Below are positions 8,863 through 18,253 of a stretch of 64,000 bases of DNA, in pieces (within the stretch, counting starts at the first letter, position 1; every line of letters begins with the position of its first letter). The position numbers and the translations under genes are program-made. The notes under the pieces were generated by a model that did not search any database, was not told the origin of the DNA, and was given only the letters and a program-made list of their open reading frames with translations. Source of the stretch: an uncultured Paludibacter sp. (GTDB lineage Bacteria > Bacteroidota > Bacteroidia > Bacteroidales > Paludibacteraceae); assembly GCA_963677275.1 (NCBI GenBank), contig OY781920.1, positions 1,009,960 through 1,073,959 on the forward strand. The letters are read 5' to 3'.

Positions 8863-10167
8863 ATGAATTTGCTGAATTTTAAATCGAAGCTTGGAAAAGA
8901 TGTAGCCGTAACATTTATAGCTCAGGCCTTTATTATGGTTACATTTTTCATTGTAAATAAGGTACTTAGTAATACTTTTGGAGTTGAAATGTATGGACAA
9001 TATAGTTTGATTAAGAAAAATAGTGCCGTTATATCAATGGTAATGCTTGCTGGTATGGGGATTGCTATACCACGTTTTGTAGCTTATTATAAAGCAAAAG
9101 CCAATCCAACGAAAGCTAACAGTATTATCGTTTCCTCTCTTATTATTGTATTTCTAATATCTTTCCTCACAATTATTTTAGCTCTTTTGTTCAGTGATCA
9201 GTTAGAGAATCTTATTATTGGTGTAAAAGGAGATTTGAAACTTTATTATGTCACACTTATTTACTCACTTTCGATCTGTATTAGTGCATTTATGTATTCT
9301 TTTTATCGAGGTATTGGCGATTTTTTAAAGTTTAATACTACACAAATTGTGATACAGATTTTGATATTAATGAGTTGTCTTTTTGTAAATAAACACTTGC
9401 TTGACGTGTTGTTGTGGTGGAGTTTACTAACCATAGTAGCAACAATCATAATTGTTTACAAAGACTTTGCACGTATTTTTAAGGAAGTCCGTAAGCAGAT
9501 AAGAAAAGCAGATTTAAAAGACTCAATAAATGAATTGTTGCCATTTGGAATTACAAGATTATTTGGCGATTTTATTTTATTTTCATTCAATGCCTTGCCA
9601 TTAATTTTTTCAAACTCGGAGTTTGGTATAAGGCAAACAGCTTTTTTTTCGGTAGGTGTTATGATAACCAATATGATCACCCCTCTGTTTGGATTTCTAG
9701 GTATGGTTTTACTACCTTATGTAAGTGAGCAGCTTGCAGAGGAGAATCATCGAAAGATAAACTCTTCTGTTAATCGACTTATGTGGATATATATAGTTTT
9801 GTCTGTTGTGTTAACTGTAATTGTTGTTCTCTTTTCTGAGTTTGTTATTCAAATGCTGTTTAGTACCGAATATCTAGAATCTAGTGCTATAGTACGTGTA
9901 CTAATTTGGACAATTGTTGCTCAAGCAGTATATTTGCTGTTAAGAAATCCAATTGATGCTGTAAGTAAATTTCCATTAAACACAATTAATTTGAGTTTGA
10001 GTTTTATTGTAATGTTTTTTTTGTTTTATAATTCAGGGAGTATTACACAATTAGGGTATTCATATTTAATTTCAAATATTGTTTTAGCCTTGCTTTCAGT
10101 TATTTCATGGTATTTTGTCTATCCAAAATTTCTTTCAAAAAAAATCAATCCAAATAAGTTCTGTTAA
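8863..10167 (+). CDS. wzx: polysaccharide flippase (Wzx)
   Basis: About 12 hydrophobic segments; YGQYSL...GMGIAIPRFVA pattern. Confidence 0.8.
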   Translation: MNLLNFKSKLGKDVAVTFIAQAFIMVTFFIVNKVLSNTFGVEMYGQYSLIKKNSAVISMVMLAGMGIAIPRFVAYYKAKANPTKANSIIVSSLIIVFLISFLTIILALLFSDQLENLIIGVKGDLKLYYVTLIYSLSICISAFMYSFYRGIGDFLKFNTTQIVIQILILMSCLFVNKHLLDVLLWWSLLTIVATIIIVYKDFARIFKEVRKQIRKADLKDSINELLPFGITRLFGDFILFSFNALPLIFSNSEFGIRQTAFFSVGVMITNMITPLFGFLGMVLLPYVSEQLAEENHRKINSSVNRLMWIYIVLSVVLTVIVVLFSEFVIQMLFSTEYLESSAIVRVLIWTIVAQAVYLLLRNPIDAVSKFPLNTINLSLSFIVMFFLFYNSGSITQLGYSYLISNIVLALLSVISWYFVYPKFLSKKINPNKFC

Positions 10168-10171
10168 ATAT

Positions 10172-10996
10172 ATGGTGTTGACAAAAAAAAATGCTTTTGT
10201 TCATGTAAATTACAACAATTCGTTGCTGACAATTGATTGTGTGCGTTCCATTCTTACCAATTGTAATCAGGCAGATATCATTATTGTTGACAATGATTCG
10301 AATCAGAGCGAAAAAGATTTGCTTGTAAATTATATTGATAGTCAAAATACAAATCAAATAAAGTGTATATTTGAAAATAGGAACCTCGGTTATTTCGGTG
10401 CATTAAATGTAGGAATTGGACAAATAATCAATAGTGCTAATGAGTATGATTTTGTAATAATTGGTAATAACGACTTGGAGTTTCAGGCAGATTTTTTTGA
10501 TAGATTGTCAAAAATCAAGGTTCAGGATGATATATTTGTACTTGCTCCCAATATTATAAAACCTAATGGTATTCATCAAAACCCCTATTGCATTGATAGG
10601 GTTTCAAAAACTCGGAAGTTTTTATACCGAATAATATATTCTTCATACAGCGTTGCTCAATTTGTATTTTGGTTGACTAATATATTAAAGGTAGCTAAGT
10701 CGGAAATGAGTAGATCAGGACATGAAGTGTCGCAATATATTTATGCAGGTCATGGTTCATGTTATATATTGACATCAGGTTTTTTTAAGTATAATAAGCT
10801 GCTAGTAAATCTAACTTTTCTAATGGGCGAGGAGTTTGTTCTGGCTAATCAGGTAAAGAATACACACGGTAAAATATATTATGACGCAGATTTGAGAGTG
10901 CTTCACAATGAACATTCTAGCATGGGAAAAATTCCAAGTAAGAAGGTTTATGAGTTTAATAGAAATGCGTATAATATCGTGAAAAACTATTTTTGA
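10172..10996 (+). CDS. GT2 glycosyltransferase (probable start 10172)
   Basis: VHVNYNN, IIIVDNDS, NLGYFGALNVG, GNND and HNEH motifs. Confidence 0.85.
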   Translation: MVLTKKNAFVHVNYNNSLLTIDCVRSILTNCNQADIIIVDNDSNQSEKDLLVNYIDSQNTNQIKCIFENRNLGYFGALNVGIGQIINSANEYDFVIIGNNDLEFQADFFDRLSKIKVQDDIFVLAPNIIKPNGIHQNPYCIDRVSKTRKFLYRIIYSSYSVAQFVFWLTNILKVAKSEMSRSGHEVSQYIYAGHGSCYILTSGFFKYNKLLVNLTFLMGEEFVLANQVKNTHGKIYYDADLRVLHNEHSSMGKIPSKKVYEFNRNAYNIVKNYF

Positions 10997-11008
10997 AAAC
11001 ATTTAACT

Positions 11009-12031
11009 ATGATGTTGAAATTTGTAACAGTAATTTGCCCTGTATATAACGAAGGAAAGTTTATTGAAAAATGTTTTAATTCGATATTGAAACAAGATTA
11101 TCCACACGATAAGATCGAACTTTTTTTTGTAGATGGAAGAAGTTCAGATAATACGAGGGAGATTATAGAAAATTTAAGTAAAGAGTACGGGTTTGTGAAA
11201 TTTCTCGATAATCCGTTTAAAGTAGTACCTCATGCACTTAACATAGGTATTGAACAGTCAAAAGGGGAAGTGATAATCCGCATTGATGGACATTGTGAGT
11301 ATCCTCAGAATTATATCTCTACTTTGGTGAGGTTTTTATATGAATTGGAAGCGGATAATGTGGGGGCTCTTGTCAATACTTTATCTGTGGATCATAAAGC
11401 TAAAAGTAAAGCTATAGCTTGTGCAATAAGTCATTGGTTTGGTGTTGGTAACTCATATTTTAGAATTGGAATTAACAATGTCCGGGAAGTTGATACAGTA
11501 CCTTTTGGTTGTTTTAAGCGAGAGGTCTTTGATAAAATTGGATTATTCGATGAAGATTTAGTCAGAAATCAGGATGATGAGTTTAATGCACGAATTATTA
11601 ACAATGGAGGTCGGATATTTATTATTCCTGAATTAGTTATCGATTATCATGCCCGCGATACAATCGGAAATGTATTTAAGATGTATTTTCAGTATGGCTT
11701 ATTTAAACCTTTAGTGAATAAGAAACTTGGAAAGCCTGCTACAATCAGACAGTTTGTCCCTGTATTTTTTGTGTTCACACTTTTAAACGGAATACTACTG
11801 TCGTTTTTTTTCAATATATTTTTTGTACTTTTGTTATTGTTTTTGTCTGTTTATCTTATTGTTTCATTATTTGTTTCTTTAAACCTTGCTGTTCAAAATA
11901 AGCATGTTGGTTTATTGTTGTATTTGCCTTTGATTTTTTTTGTTATACACTTTAGTTATGGTTTTGGTTATTTCAAAGGGTTGTATAATTTAGTGTTTAA
12001 AAAGAAATTTGTTGTTGATATTACAAGATAA
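11009..12031 (+). CDS. GT2 glycosyltransferase (ExoA-like)
   Basis: ICPVYNE, VDGRSSD, IRIDGH, TVPFGCF and RNQDDEFNAR motifs. Confidence 0.88.
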   Translation: MMLKFVTVICPVYNEGKFIEKCFNSILKQDYPHDKIELFFVDGRSSDNTREIIENLSKEYGFVKFLDNPFKVVPHALNIGIEQSKGEVIIRIDGHCEYPQNYISTLVRFLYELEADNVGALVNTLSVDHKAKSKAIACAISHWFGVGNSYFRIGINNVREVDTVPFGCFKREVFDKIGLFDEDLVRNQDDEFNARIINNGGRIFIIPELVIDYHARDTIGNVFKMYFQYGLFKPLVNKKLGKPATIRQFVPVFFVFTLLNGILLSFFFNIFFVLLLLFLSVYLIVSLFVSLNLAVQNKHVGLLLYLPLIFFVIHFSYGFGYFKGLYNLVFKKKFVVDITR

Positions 12032-12041
12032 TTTAATAAAT

Positions 12042-13250
12042 ATGAAAATCCCATTTTCTCCACCTTTTATAGACGAAGATGTTATTGATGAAGTTGTTGA
12101 TGCGCTGAAATCGGGTTGGATCACTACCGGTCCTAAAGTAAAGGCTTTAGAAGACGAAATTGCTAAATTCACAGGGGCTAAGTCAGTTTTATGTGTTAAC
12201 TCGTGGACGTCGGGTGCTATTATGATGCTTACATGGTTAGGTGTAAAAGAGGGTGACGAAGTTATAATTCCGGCATACACATATGCTGCTACTGCTTTAG
12301 CAGTAATACATGCAGGAGCAAAGCCTGTTATGGTAGATATAAACGATGACTTCAATATATCAGTTGCTGAAATTGCTAAATCAATAACATCAAAAACAAA
12401 AGCTATAATTCCTGTAGATATAGCAGGTTGGCCTTGCGATTACAAGCAAATAATGACTTTAGTGAGTTCGCCTGAGATTGTAAAACAATTTAGACCAAAC
12501 TCTGAGGTACAGAGTAAGCTTGGGAGAATCTTAGTGTTAAGCGATGCAGCACATTCGTTAGGTGCCAGATATTGTAACAAGAATATTGGTACAGAATGTG
12601 ATGTAACAATATTTTCGCTTCATGCAGTAAAAAACGTAACAACAGCCGAAGGAGGAGCTATTTGTTTAAATCTTCCAAATAGCTTTGTTAACAAAGAACT
12701 GTATGATGATTTGAGAAGAATGACTCTTAATTGTCAGACCAAAGATGCATTTTCGAAAAGTAAAGCAGGAGGTTGGCGATATGATATTATTGGTTTAGGC
12801 ATGAAAATTAATATGGCGGATGTAAATGCAGCCATAGGATTAGCGCAAATGAGGAAGTATACAGAGTTACTTACTAAAAGAAAAAAAATCGCTGGTCTTT
12901 ATCGTTCAGCGTTTTCAAAATATGATTGGGTAATTTTACCGCCACATACAAATGAAAACAAAGAATCTTCCTGTCATCTTTTTGCATTAAGAATAAAGGG
13001 TTTCTCGGAGAACCAACGGGACAATATCATTCAAAGAATTTCAGAAGCTGAGATTGCGATAAATGTTCATTTTATTCCATTGCCGATGTTGAGTTATTTT
13101 AAAGAACTTGGGTACGAAATAGATAATTACCCAAAGTCATACAATAATTATTCAAATGAGATTTCATTGCCGATTTATCCACAGTTAACTGTTGAGGAAG
13201 TTGACTATATTGTTGCTACCGTAGTTAATGCTTACTACTCAACTAAATAG
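12042..13250 (+). CDS. DegT/DnrJ/EryC1/StrS sugar aminotransferase, WcfR-like (start 12042)
   Basis: MKIPFSPP...SGWITTGPK, DAAHSLG and FSLHAVKNVTTAEGG (PLP Lys) motifs. Closely resembles B. fragilis WcfR as I recall it. Confidence 0.9.
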   Translation: MKIPFSPPFIDEDVIDEVVDALKSGWITTGPKVKALEDEIAKFTGAKSVLCVNSWTSGAIMMLTWLGVKEGDEVIIPAYTYAATALAVIHAGAKPVMVDINDDFNISVAEIAKSITSKTKAIIPVDIAGWPCDYKQIMTLVSSPEIVKQFRPNSEVQSKLGRILVLSDAAHSLGARYCNKNIGTECDVTIFSLHAVKNVTTAEGGAICLNLPNSFVNKELYDDLRRMTLNCQTKDAFSKSKAGGWRYDIIGLGMKINMADVNAAIGLAQMRKYTELLTKRKKIAGLYRSAFSKYDWVILPPHTNENKESSCHLFALRIKGFSENQRDNIIQRISEAEIAINVHFIPLPMLSYFKELGYEIDNYPKSYNNYSNEISLPIYPQLTVEEVDYIVATVVNAYYSTK

Positions 13251-13252
13251 AT

Positions 13253-13840
13253 ATGATTCGATTTTTTGATATCCTTTTTTCATTGATAGGTTTGTTGTTG
13301 TTACTCCCATTTTTAATTGTTGTTTATCTTTTGATAATAATTGAGAGTCCCGGAGGCGGATTTTATCGTCAGATTAGGGTAGGGAAAGATGAAAAAGATT
13401 TTAGGCTGTATAAATTCCGCAGCATGCGAGAAGGGTCAGACAAGAAAAGTCTTATTACAATTGGTAACAGAGATAGCAGAATGACCCGTATAGGATATTT
13501 TATTCGTAAGTTTAAAATTGATGAATTGCCGCAATTATTTAACGTTCTAGTAGGTGATATGAGTTTGGTAGGACCACGTCCTGAAGTGAGAAAGTACGTG
13601 AAATTATATAATCAGAATCAAAAAAAAGTTCTCTCTGTACGACCCGGAATTACTGATTATGCATCCATCGAATATGTGGATGAAAATAAACTTTTAGGAG
13701 AATCAGATAACCCTGAAAAATTATATATTGAACAAATAATGCCACATAAAATAGAGCTTAATATGAAGTATATAAATGATATAGGAATTAAAAACTACTT
13801 TAAAATTATTATTATTACTGGTACTAAAATATTTTCTTAG
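13253..13840 (+). CDS. initiating phosphoglycosyl transferase (WcfS/PglC-like)
   Basis: [28 protein letters not shown] and RPGITD motifs; single N-terminal membrane segment. Confidence 0.9.
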   Translation: MIRFFDILFSLIGLLLLLPFLIVVYLLIIIESPGGGFYRQIRVGKDEKDFRLYKFRSMREGSDKKSLITIGNRDSRMTRIGYFIRKFKIDELPQLFNVLVGDMSLVGPRPEVRKYVKLYNQNQKKVLSVRPGITDYASIEYVDENKLLGESDNPEKLYIEQIMPHKIELNMKYINDIGIKNYFKIIIITGTKIFS

Positions 13841-13942
13841 ACACATTTACAATTTTATGAAAGTCTTATTGTAATCTGGGTAAAATTTTAGTGTAATATT
13901 TGTATTTTTCTCACTAGAATAAATTACCAAAAAATATCACAA

Positions 13943-14448
13943 ATGGCCAAAAAAGTATTTGTCAGTGGTTGTTACGATATGCTTCACAGTGGGCATATGA
14001 CTTTTTTTGAGGAGGCTACAGCTTATGGCGATTTAAATTTGGGGAGAGGGTCGAACAGGACAATTGATGAAGTGAAAGCGCGCAAAACTATTAATTCGGA
14101 TGCAGAGCGTCTGTATATGGTCAGTGTGCTGATGGTAAAGGATATTGCAAATTTAATTCCATTAGTTGCTTGTAAAAGAAGGGTATATAACATATGCGAT
14201 TCGCATCATCTTAGTTTTAATGAATTGGAGAAATTAATTTGTGAACAATTGAATAAATCGAATGTAATTTCTATACCATTGTATTTTGCAAAACTACTTG
14301 CTAAAGTGGGTGATATACTTGGAAAATATGCACCAATAAATTCGGATAAATTGTCCAAAACTACAAATTCACATATTTTTAGCAAAGTAAAGGCTAAAAA
14401 AAATTAGGTTGGGAATCAATAGATGTTGTTAAAAACTTCAGAATTTGA
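13943..14448 (+). pseudogene. chimeric pseudogene: cytidylyltransferase N-terminus fused to NAD-dependent epimerase C-terminus, frameshifted in a poly-A tract
   Basis: aa 1-60 contain VFVSGCYDMLHSGH (HxGH). From about aa 61 the sequence is VLMVKDIANL...VYNICD...PINSDKL. An A8 tract at 14396-14403 gives a stop; A9 would read KKKLGWESIDVVKNFRI*. Confidence 0.75.
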
Positions 14449-14456
14449 TACCTTTG
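14449..14456 (+). promoter_or_regulatory. sigma-A promoter for the dehydratase gene
   Basis: TACCTTTG with TTG at 14426-14428 (20-nt spacer). Confidence 0.5.
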
Positions 14457-14475
14457 TATTTCAAACTAAATTAAC

Positions 14476-16395
14476 ATGGAAAAATTTAAAGACAAATTAC
14501 GATATTTTTTTAAGAATCTTCTAAACATCTCGATGAAAAATCGGTATATTATACTAGAGGCTGATATAATACTTGGAATATTTTCATTTATAGCGGCAAT
14601 CATCATTCACAATGAACTACTGAATGTTGAATATAATTACAAGGATATTTTAACCCTTGGAGTTGTATACATGCTGATTAGTATTACTTTCTTTATTTTA
14701 CTAAAATCAAATCGGGGTTTAGTTCGCCATTCTGGTTTTTTAGAGTTTTGGCGGCTTTATGTATCGCTGTTCTTAGCAATTGTATCCTTGTATGTTTTTA
14801 TGCTTATTAGCGGCTTTGAAATGCTGCATCGCTACTTCTTCAGCCAAAACTTATTTCTTATAAACTTATTTTTGTTGTTATTTGCTCGGTTTGGTGTTGT
14901 GGTAGTTTATAATTTTAGTATAAGTTATAATTTAAAAGTAGCTAAAAACACCCTGATTTATTCCACCAATTCGCATAGCGTGGCACTTATGCAATGGCTA
15001 AATAAAACAATTTCAATGCAATATCATGTAGTTGGCTTTATAACCAGAGAAAAAATTTCGTATAAATCAAGAATTCAGGAATTGCCTGTTTATAACTTAG
15101 ATGAATCAGAACTGCCTTATAAAGTTTTCAGAAAACATAACATCAGCACAATCATTTTCCCTGACTATAAAAGTTTAAATATGGAGCAGGATTATATTGC
15201 CAAATTTATTGAAATGGGATTAAATGTATTGGTAAGCCCTCCTTTCGAGGGGCTGGATATAAATAACAAGATTCGTTTTCAAATGAAACCTATTCAGTTT
15301 GAAGATTTATTGGGTCGCGATGAAATAAAAATTGACATGGAGAATATTGGTGCCCATACGAATGATAAAGTAATTCTTATAACTGGTGGAGCTGGATCGA
15401 TAGGCAGTGAGTTGGTTCGTCAGCTAACTATATTTAAACCAAAATTGATTGTTATATTTGATATTGTTGAAACACCTTTACATAATTTACATCTGGAACT
15501 TGTTAAGAATTTTCCGGAATTTCAATTTAAGGCTGTAATTGGCGATGTTCGCAATAAAGATCGTTTGGAGTATGTATTCCAAAAGTACAAACCACAAATT
15601 ATTTACCATGCCGCTGCTTACAAACATGTTCCGTTAATGGAAGAAAATCCCTGTGAGGCCATCCTCACCAATGTTGAAGGCACCATAAATTTATCGAAAA
15701 TTGCTGTGAAGTATAATGCTGAAAGATTTGTGATGATTTCCACTGATAAAGCTGTTAATCCCACCAATGTAATGGGTGCATCAAAACGCATTGCTGAAAT
15801 TTATATTCAATCATTTGCATATAAGTTAAAAAAACAAGGGAATATAATAAATTTTGTAACAACTCGATTTGGTAATGTTTTAGGCTCAAATGGTTCTGTA
15901 ATACCTTTTTTCAAAGAACAGATTGAAAAAGGAGGACCGGTTACAGTAACTCATCCCGAAATAATTCGTTATTTTATGACTATCCCCGAAGCCTGCAGAT
16001 TGGTTATGGAAGCTGCGTCTTTTGGACAGACCGGTGAGATCTATGTCTTTGATATGGGTTCACCTGTGAAAATTGCCGATTTAGCACGTCGAATGATTGA
16101 GTTGGCTGGTTTTATACCAGACAAAGACATTATGATACAATATGTAGGTTTGCGTCAGGGAGAAAAACTGTATGAAGAATTACTCAACGACAATGAAAAT
16201 ACCTTGCCCACTAAACACGAAAAAATTACAATTGCCAAGGTGAGACAATACGATTACGAACAAGTGATAGCTTCGATTAAGCCTTTACTAGAAAATTCAA
16301 TCAAAGTTGATATTGATACTACTGTAAAGATTATGAAGAAAATAGTTCCTGAATTTATAAGTCAGAATTCACCCTTCGAGTCACTTGACAATTAA
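14476..16395 (+). CDS. UDP-GlcNAc 4,6-dehydratase (PglF/CapD/UngD family)
   Basis: N-terminal membrane segments; EDLLGR, ITGGAGSIGSE, HAAAYKHVP, STDKAVNP and RFGNVLGS motifs. Confidence 0.93.
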   Translation: MEKFKDKLRYFFKNLLNISMKNRYIILEADIILGIFSFIAAIIIHNELLNVEYNYKDILTLGVVYMLISITFFILLKSNRGLVRHSGFLEFWRLYVSLFLAIVSLYVFMLISGFEMLHRYFFSQNLFLINLFLLLFARFGVVVVYNFSISYNLKVAKNTLIYSTNSHSVALMQWLNKTISMQYHVVGFITREKISYKSRIQELPVYNLDESELPYKVFRKHNISTIIFPDYKSLNMEQDYIAKFIEMGLNVLVSPPFEGLDINNKIRFQMKPIQFEDLLGRDEIKIDMENIGAHTNDKVILITGGAGSIGSELVRQLTIFKPKLIVIFDIVETPLHNLHLELVKNFPEFQFKAVIGDVRNKDRLEYVFQKYKPQIIYHAAAYKHVPLMEENPCEAILTNVEGTINLSKIAVKYNAERFVMISTDKAVNPTNVMGASKRIAEIYIQSFAYKLKKQGNIINFVTTRFGNVLGSNGSVIPFFKEQIEKGGPVTVTHPEIIRYFMTIPEACRLVMEAASFGQTGEIYVFDMGSPVKIADLARRMIELAGFIPDKDIMIQYVGLRQGEKLYEELLNDNENTLPTKHEKITIAKVRQYDYEQVIASIKPLLENSIKVDIDTTVKIMKKIVPEFISQNSPFESLDN

Positions 16396-16852
16396 AACTT
16401 CAACCTAACGAAAGACATAAGGAAATTGTTATAAAATAATCATCGCACAAAAATGCTGAGAAAGCATGATATTGGAAAAGATTTTATATCCAAAACAAAA
16501 TAAAAATAATGTGAACATATCAGATATATGTTTTAAATAAGCAAATCAAACTCAATTTTTTATCTAATAACTATTTATATCCTGAAACTATTTTAAGCAA
16601 AAAAGTTTCAAGCATTTAATCTTCTACATATTTATCGTTGTAGCACTTTTTGTGTTCGAAATACTTAATTTCAGGGGGGCCAATAAATTTAATATTATTG
16701 ATAAACCAAATGAACGTAGTTCACACACACATTACTTTGAGAGGAGGTGGTGTGGTATTTTTCTCTTCATAAATTTTAAATGAACCATAGAAGGGTTTTT
16801 GCCTGTTTTAGCGCAGCGTTACCTACCCATACAACTTCTAAATACAATCCTC

Positions 16853-17245
16853 ATGCAACTAATAAACGAAGAATTACTGAACAGTGTGTCAGCCGAAGCT
16901 GCTGAAAACCTGCGTTTGCGAAAAAATTATAACATCCATACAAGTTTGGACGACAAGGTGCAAAGGCTTCTGAATGCGCTTGAACCGGGTACCGAATTAC
17001 CTGTACACCGGCACCGACACACGGATGAAACTTACCTTTTGTTGCGTGGAAGTTTGATCCTGAAGTTGTACAATGACACCAAAACACTCATCGACGAATA
17101 TGTATTAAACCCCGAAACAGGGAATTATGGCGCGTCTATCCCTGCCGGACAATGGCATACAATTGAAGTGCTTGAGAAGGGAACGGTTATTTTTGAGGTA
17201 AAAGAAGGTCCCTATGCCCCACTCTCGGACGAAGATATTTTGTAA
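16853..17245 (+). CDS. WbuC family cupin-fold metalloprotein (start 16853)
   Basis: LRKNYNIH...VQRLLNALEPGT...HRH...WHTIE...EVKEGPY motif pattern. Confidence 0.85.
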   Translation: MQLINEELLNSVSAEAAENLRLRKNYNIHTSLDDKVQRLLNALEPGTELPVHRHRHTDETYLLLRGSLILKLYNDTKTLIDEYVLNPETGNYGASIPAGQWHTIEVLEKGTVIFEVKEGPYAPLSDEDIL

Positions 17246-17248
17246 GTT

Positions 17249-17974
17249 TTAGCGGGAATGAGTTGGCGTGTTGCTGAGCCGCTGATTGGCAATTTCGCAA
17301 AATTCAGCGTTCAGTTCGTAGCCTATAAAATTCCTGTTCAGCATTTTAGCTGCCACAGCCGTACTTCCCGAACCTATAAACGGATCGAGCACCACATCGC
17401 CTTCGTTGCTGCTGATTTCGATAAATGGCAGGCATACTTTCAGAGGTTTTTGGGTTTTGTGCTTTGTTCTTTCCTTGCCCATGCATATAGGCGCCTGAAT
17501 AAAATTGTGCATTTCGTTCACCGGCTTATGATTCCAGGTTTTAGGTGTTCCCTTCGAGAAATGCACAAGCATTTCCATGCTGTTGGCATACATTTTTCGA
17601 GTGTAAATGGCCGGAAAAGGGTTGGTTTTGTGCCAATGTATGACCTTACGAAACTGAAAACCTACTTTTTCTACAATACGGTTGATGTACGAAACAAAAT
17701 CGTCGCCACACCACATATAACCGGCAGCACCGGGTTTGGCCACTCTGAAACATTCAGTCAACACATCTTCAAGAAATTGTAAATACTCTTCTTCGGATGT
17801 AAATCCGTCGAAATCGAATTCGGTGACAACGTCCTTGTGATTTTTAAGGCTACTTATATTCTGAGCACGATATTGATAATACGGAGGATCGGTAAAAATC
17901 AAATCTACACAGGCATCGGGCAGCTGTTTTAACCCTTCGAGGCATGACTGATGATAAATAATGTTGAGCTCCAT
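17249..17974 (-). CDS. orphan site-specific DNA methyltransferase (N6A/N4C, beta class)
   Basis: Motif IV DPPY precedes motif I LDPFIGSGST; HKTQKP; no restriction enzyme adjacent. Confidence 0.9.
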   Translation of the reverse strand: MELNIIYHQSCLEGLKQLPDACVDLIFTDPPYYQYRAQNISSLKNHKDVVTEFDFDGFTSEEEYLQFLEDVLTECFRVAKPGAAGYMWCGDDFVSYINRIVEKVGFQFRKVIHWHKTNPFPAIYTRKMYANSMEMLVHFSKGTPKTWNHKPVNEMHNFIQAPICMGKERTKHKTQKPLKVCLPFIEISSNEGDVVLDPFIGSGSTAVAAKMLNRNFIGYELNAEFCEIANQRLSNTPTHSR

Positions 17975-17984
17975 GTAGTTTAGT

Positions 17985-18185
17985 GTGTGAATATATCAAT
18001 TTGAAAATGTGTCAATTATTAATAAGTCTCTGGTCTACAGTCGCCGGTCTACAGGCTTTGTTGATCTGTTGAACTGTTGAATCGTTGAATAACTGAGTAA
18101 TTGTTGAATCGTTGAATTGTTGAACCGTCGAATTTTTCATTCTGCATCCCAAAACCCAAAACCCGAAACTCGGAACCCGAAACTT
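17985..18185. repeat. modular mosaic intergenic repeat, copy A
   Basis: Tandem GTTGAAT/C 7-8-mers, two GTCTACAG units, CCC(A/G)AAA heptamers and AATGTGTCAATT units. Confidence 0.8.
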
Positions 18186-18253
18186 TTTTCAACTTTCAAG
18201 GCTAATGTCCAATCGTAGCGAAAATCCCGCTTGCGTACGAGACAATGTGAAAT

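Noticed and set aside
16583-16612. TGAAACT...AGTTTCA inverted repeat after the dehydratase
   Set aside because: A 7-bp stem is too short to be informative in AT-rich DNA.
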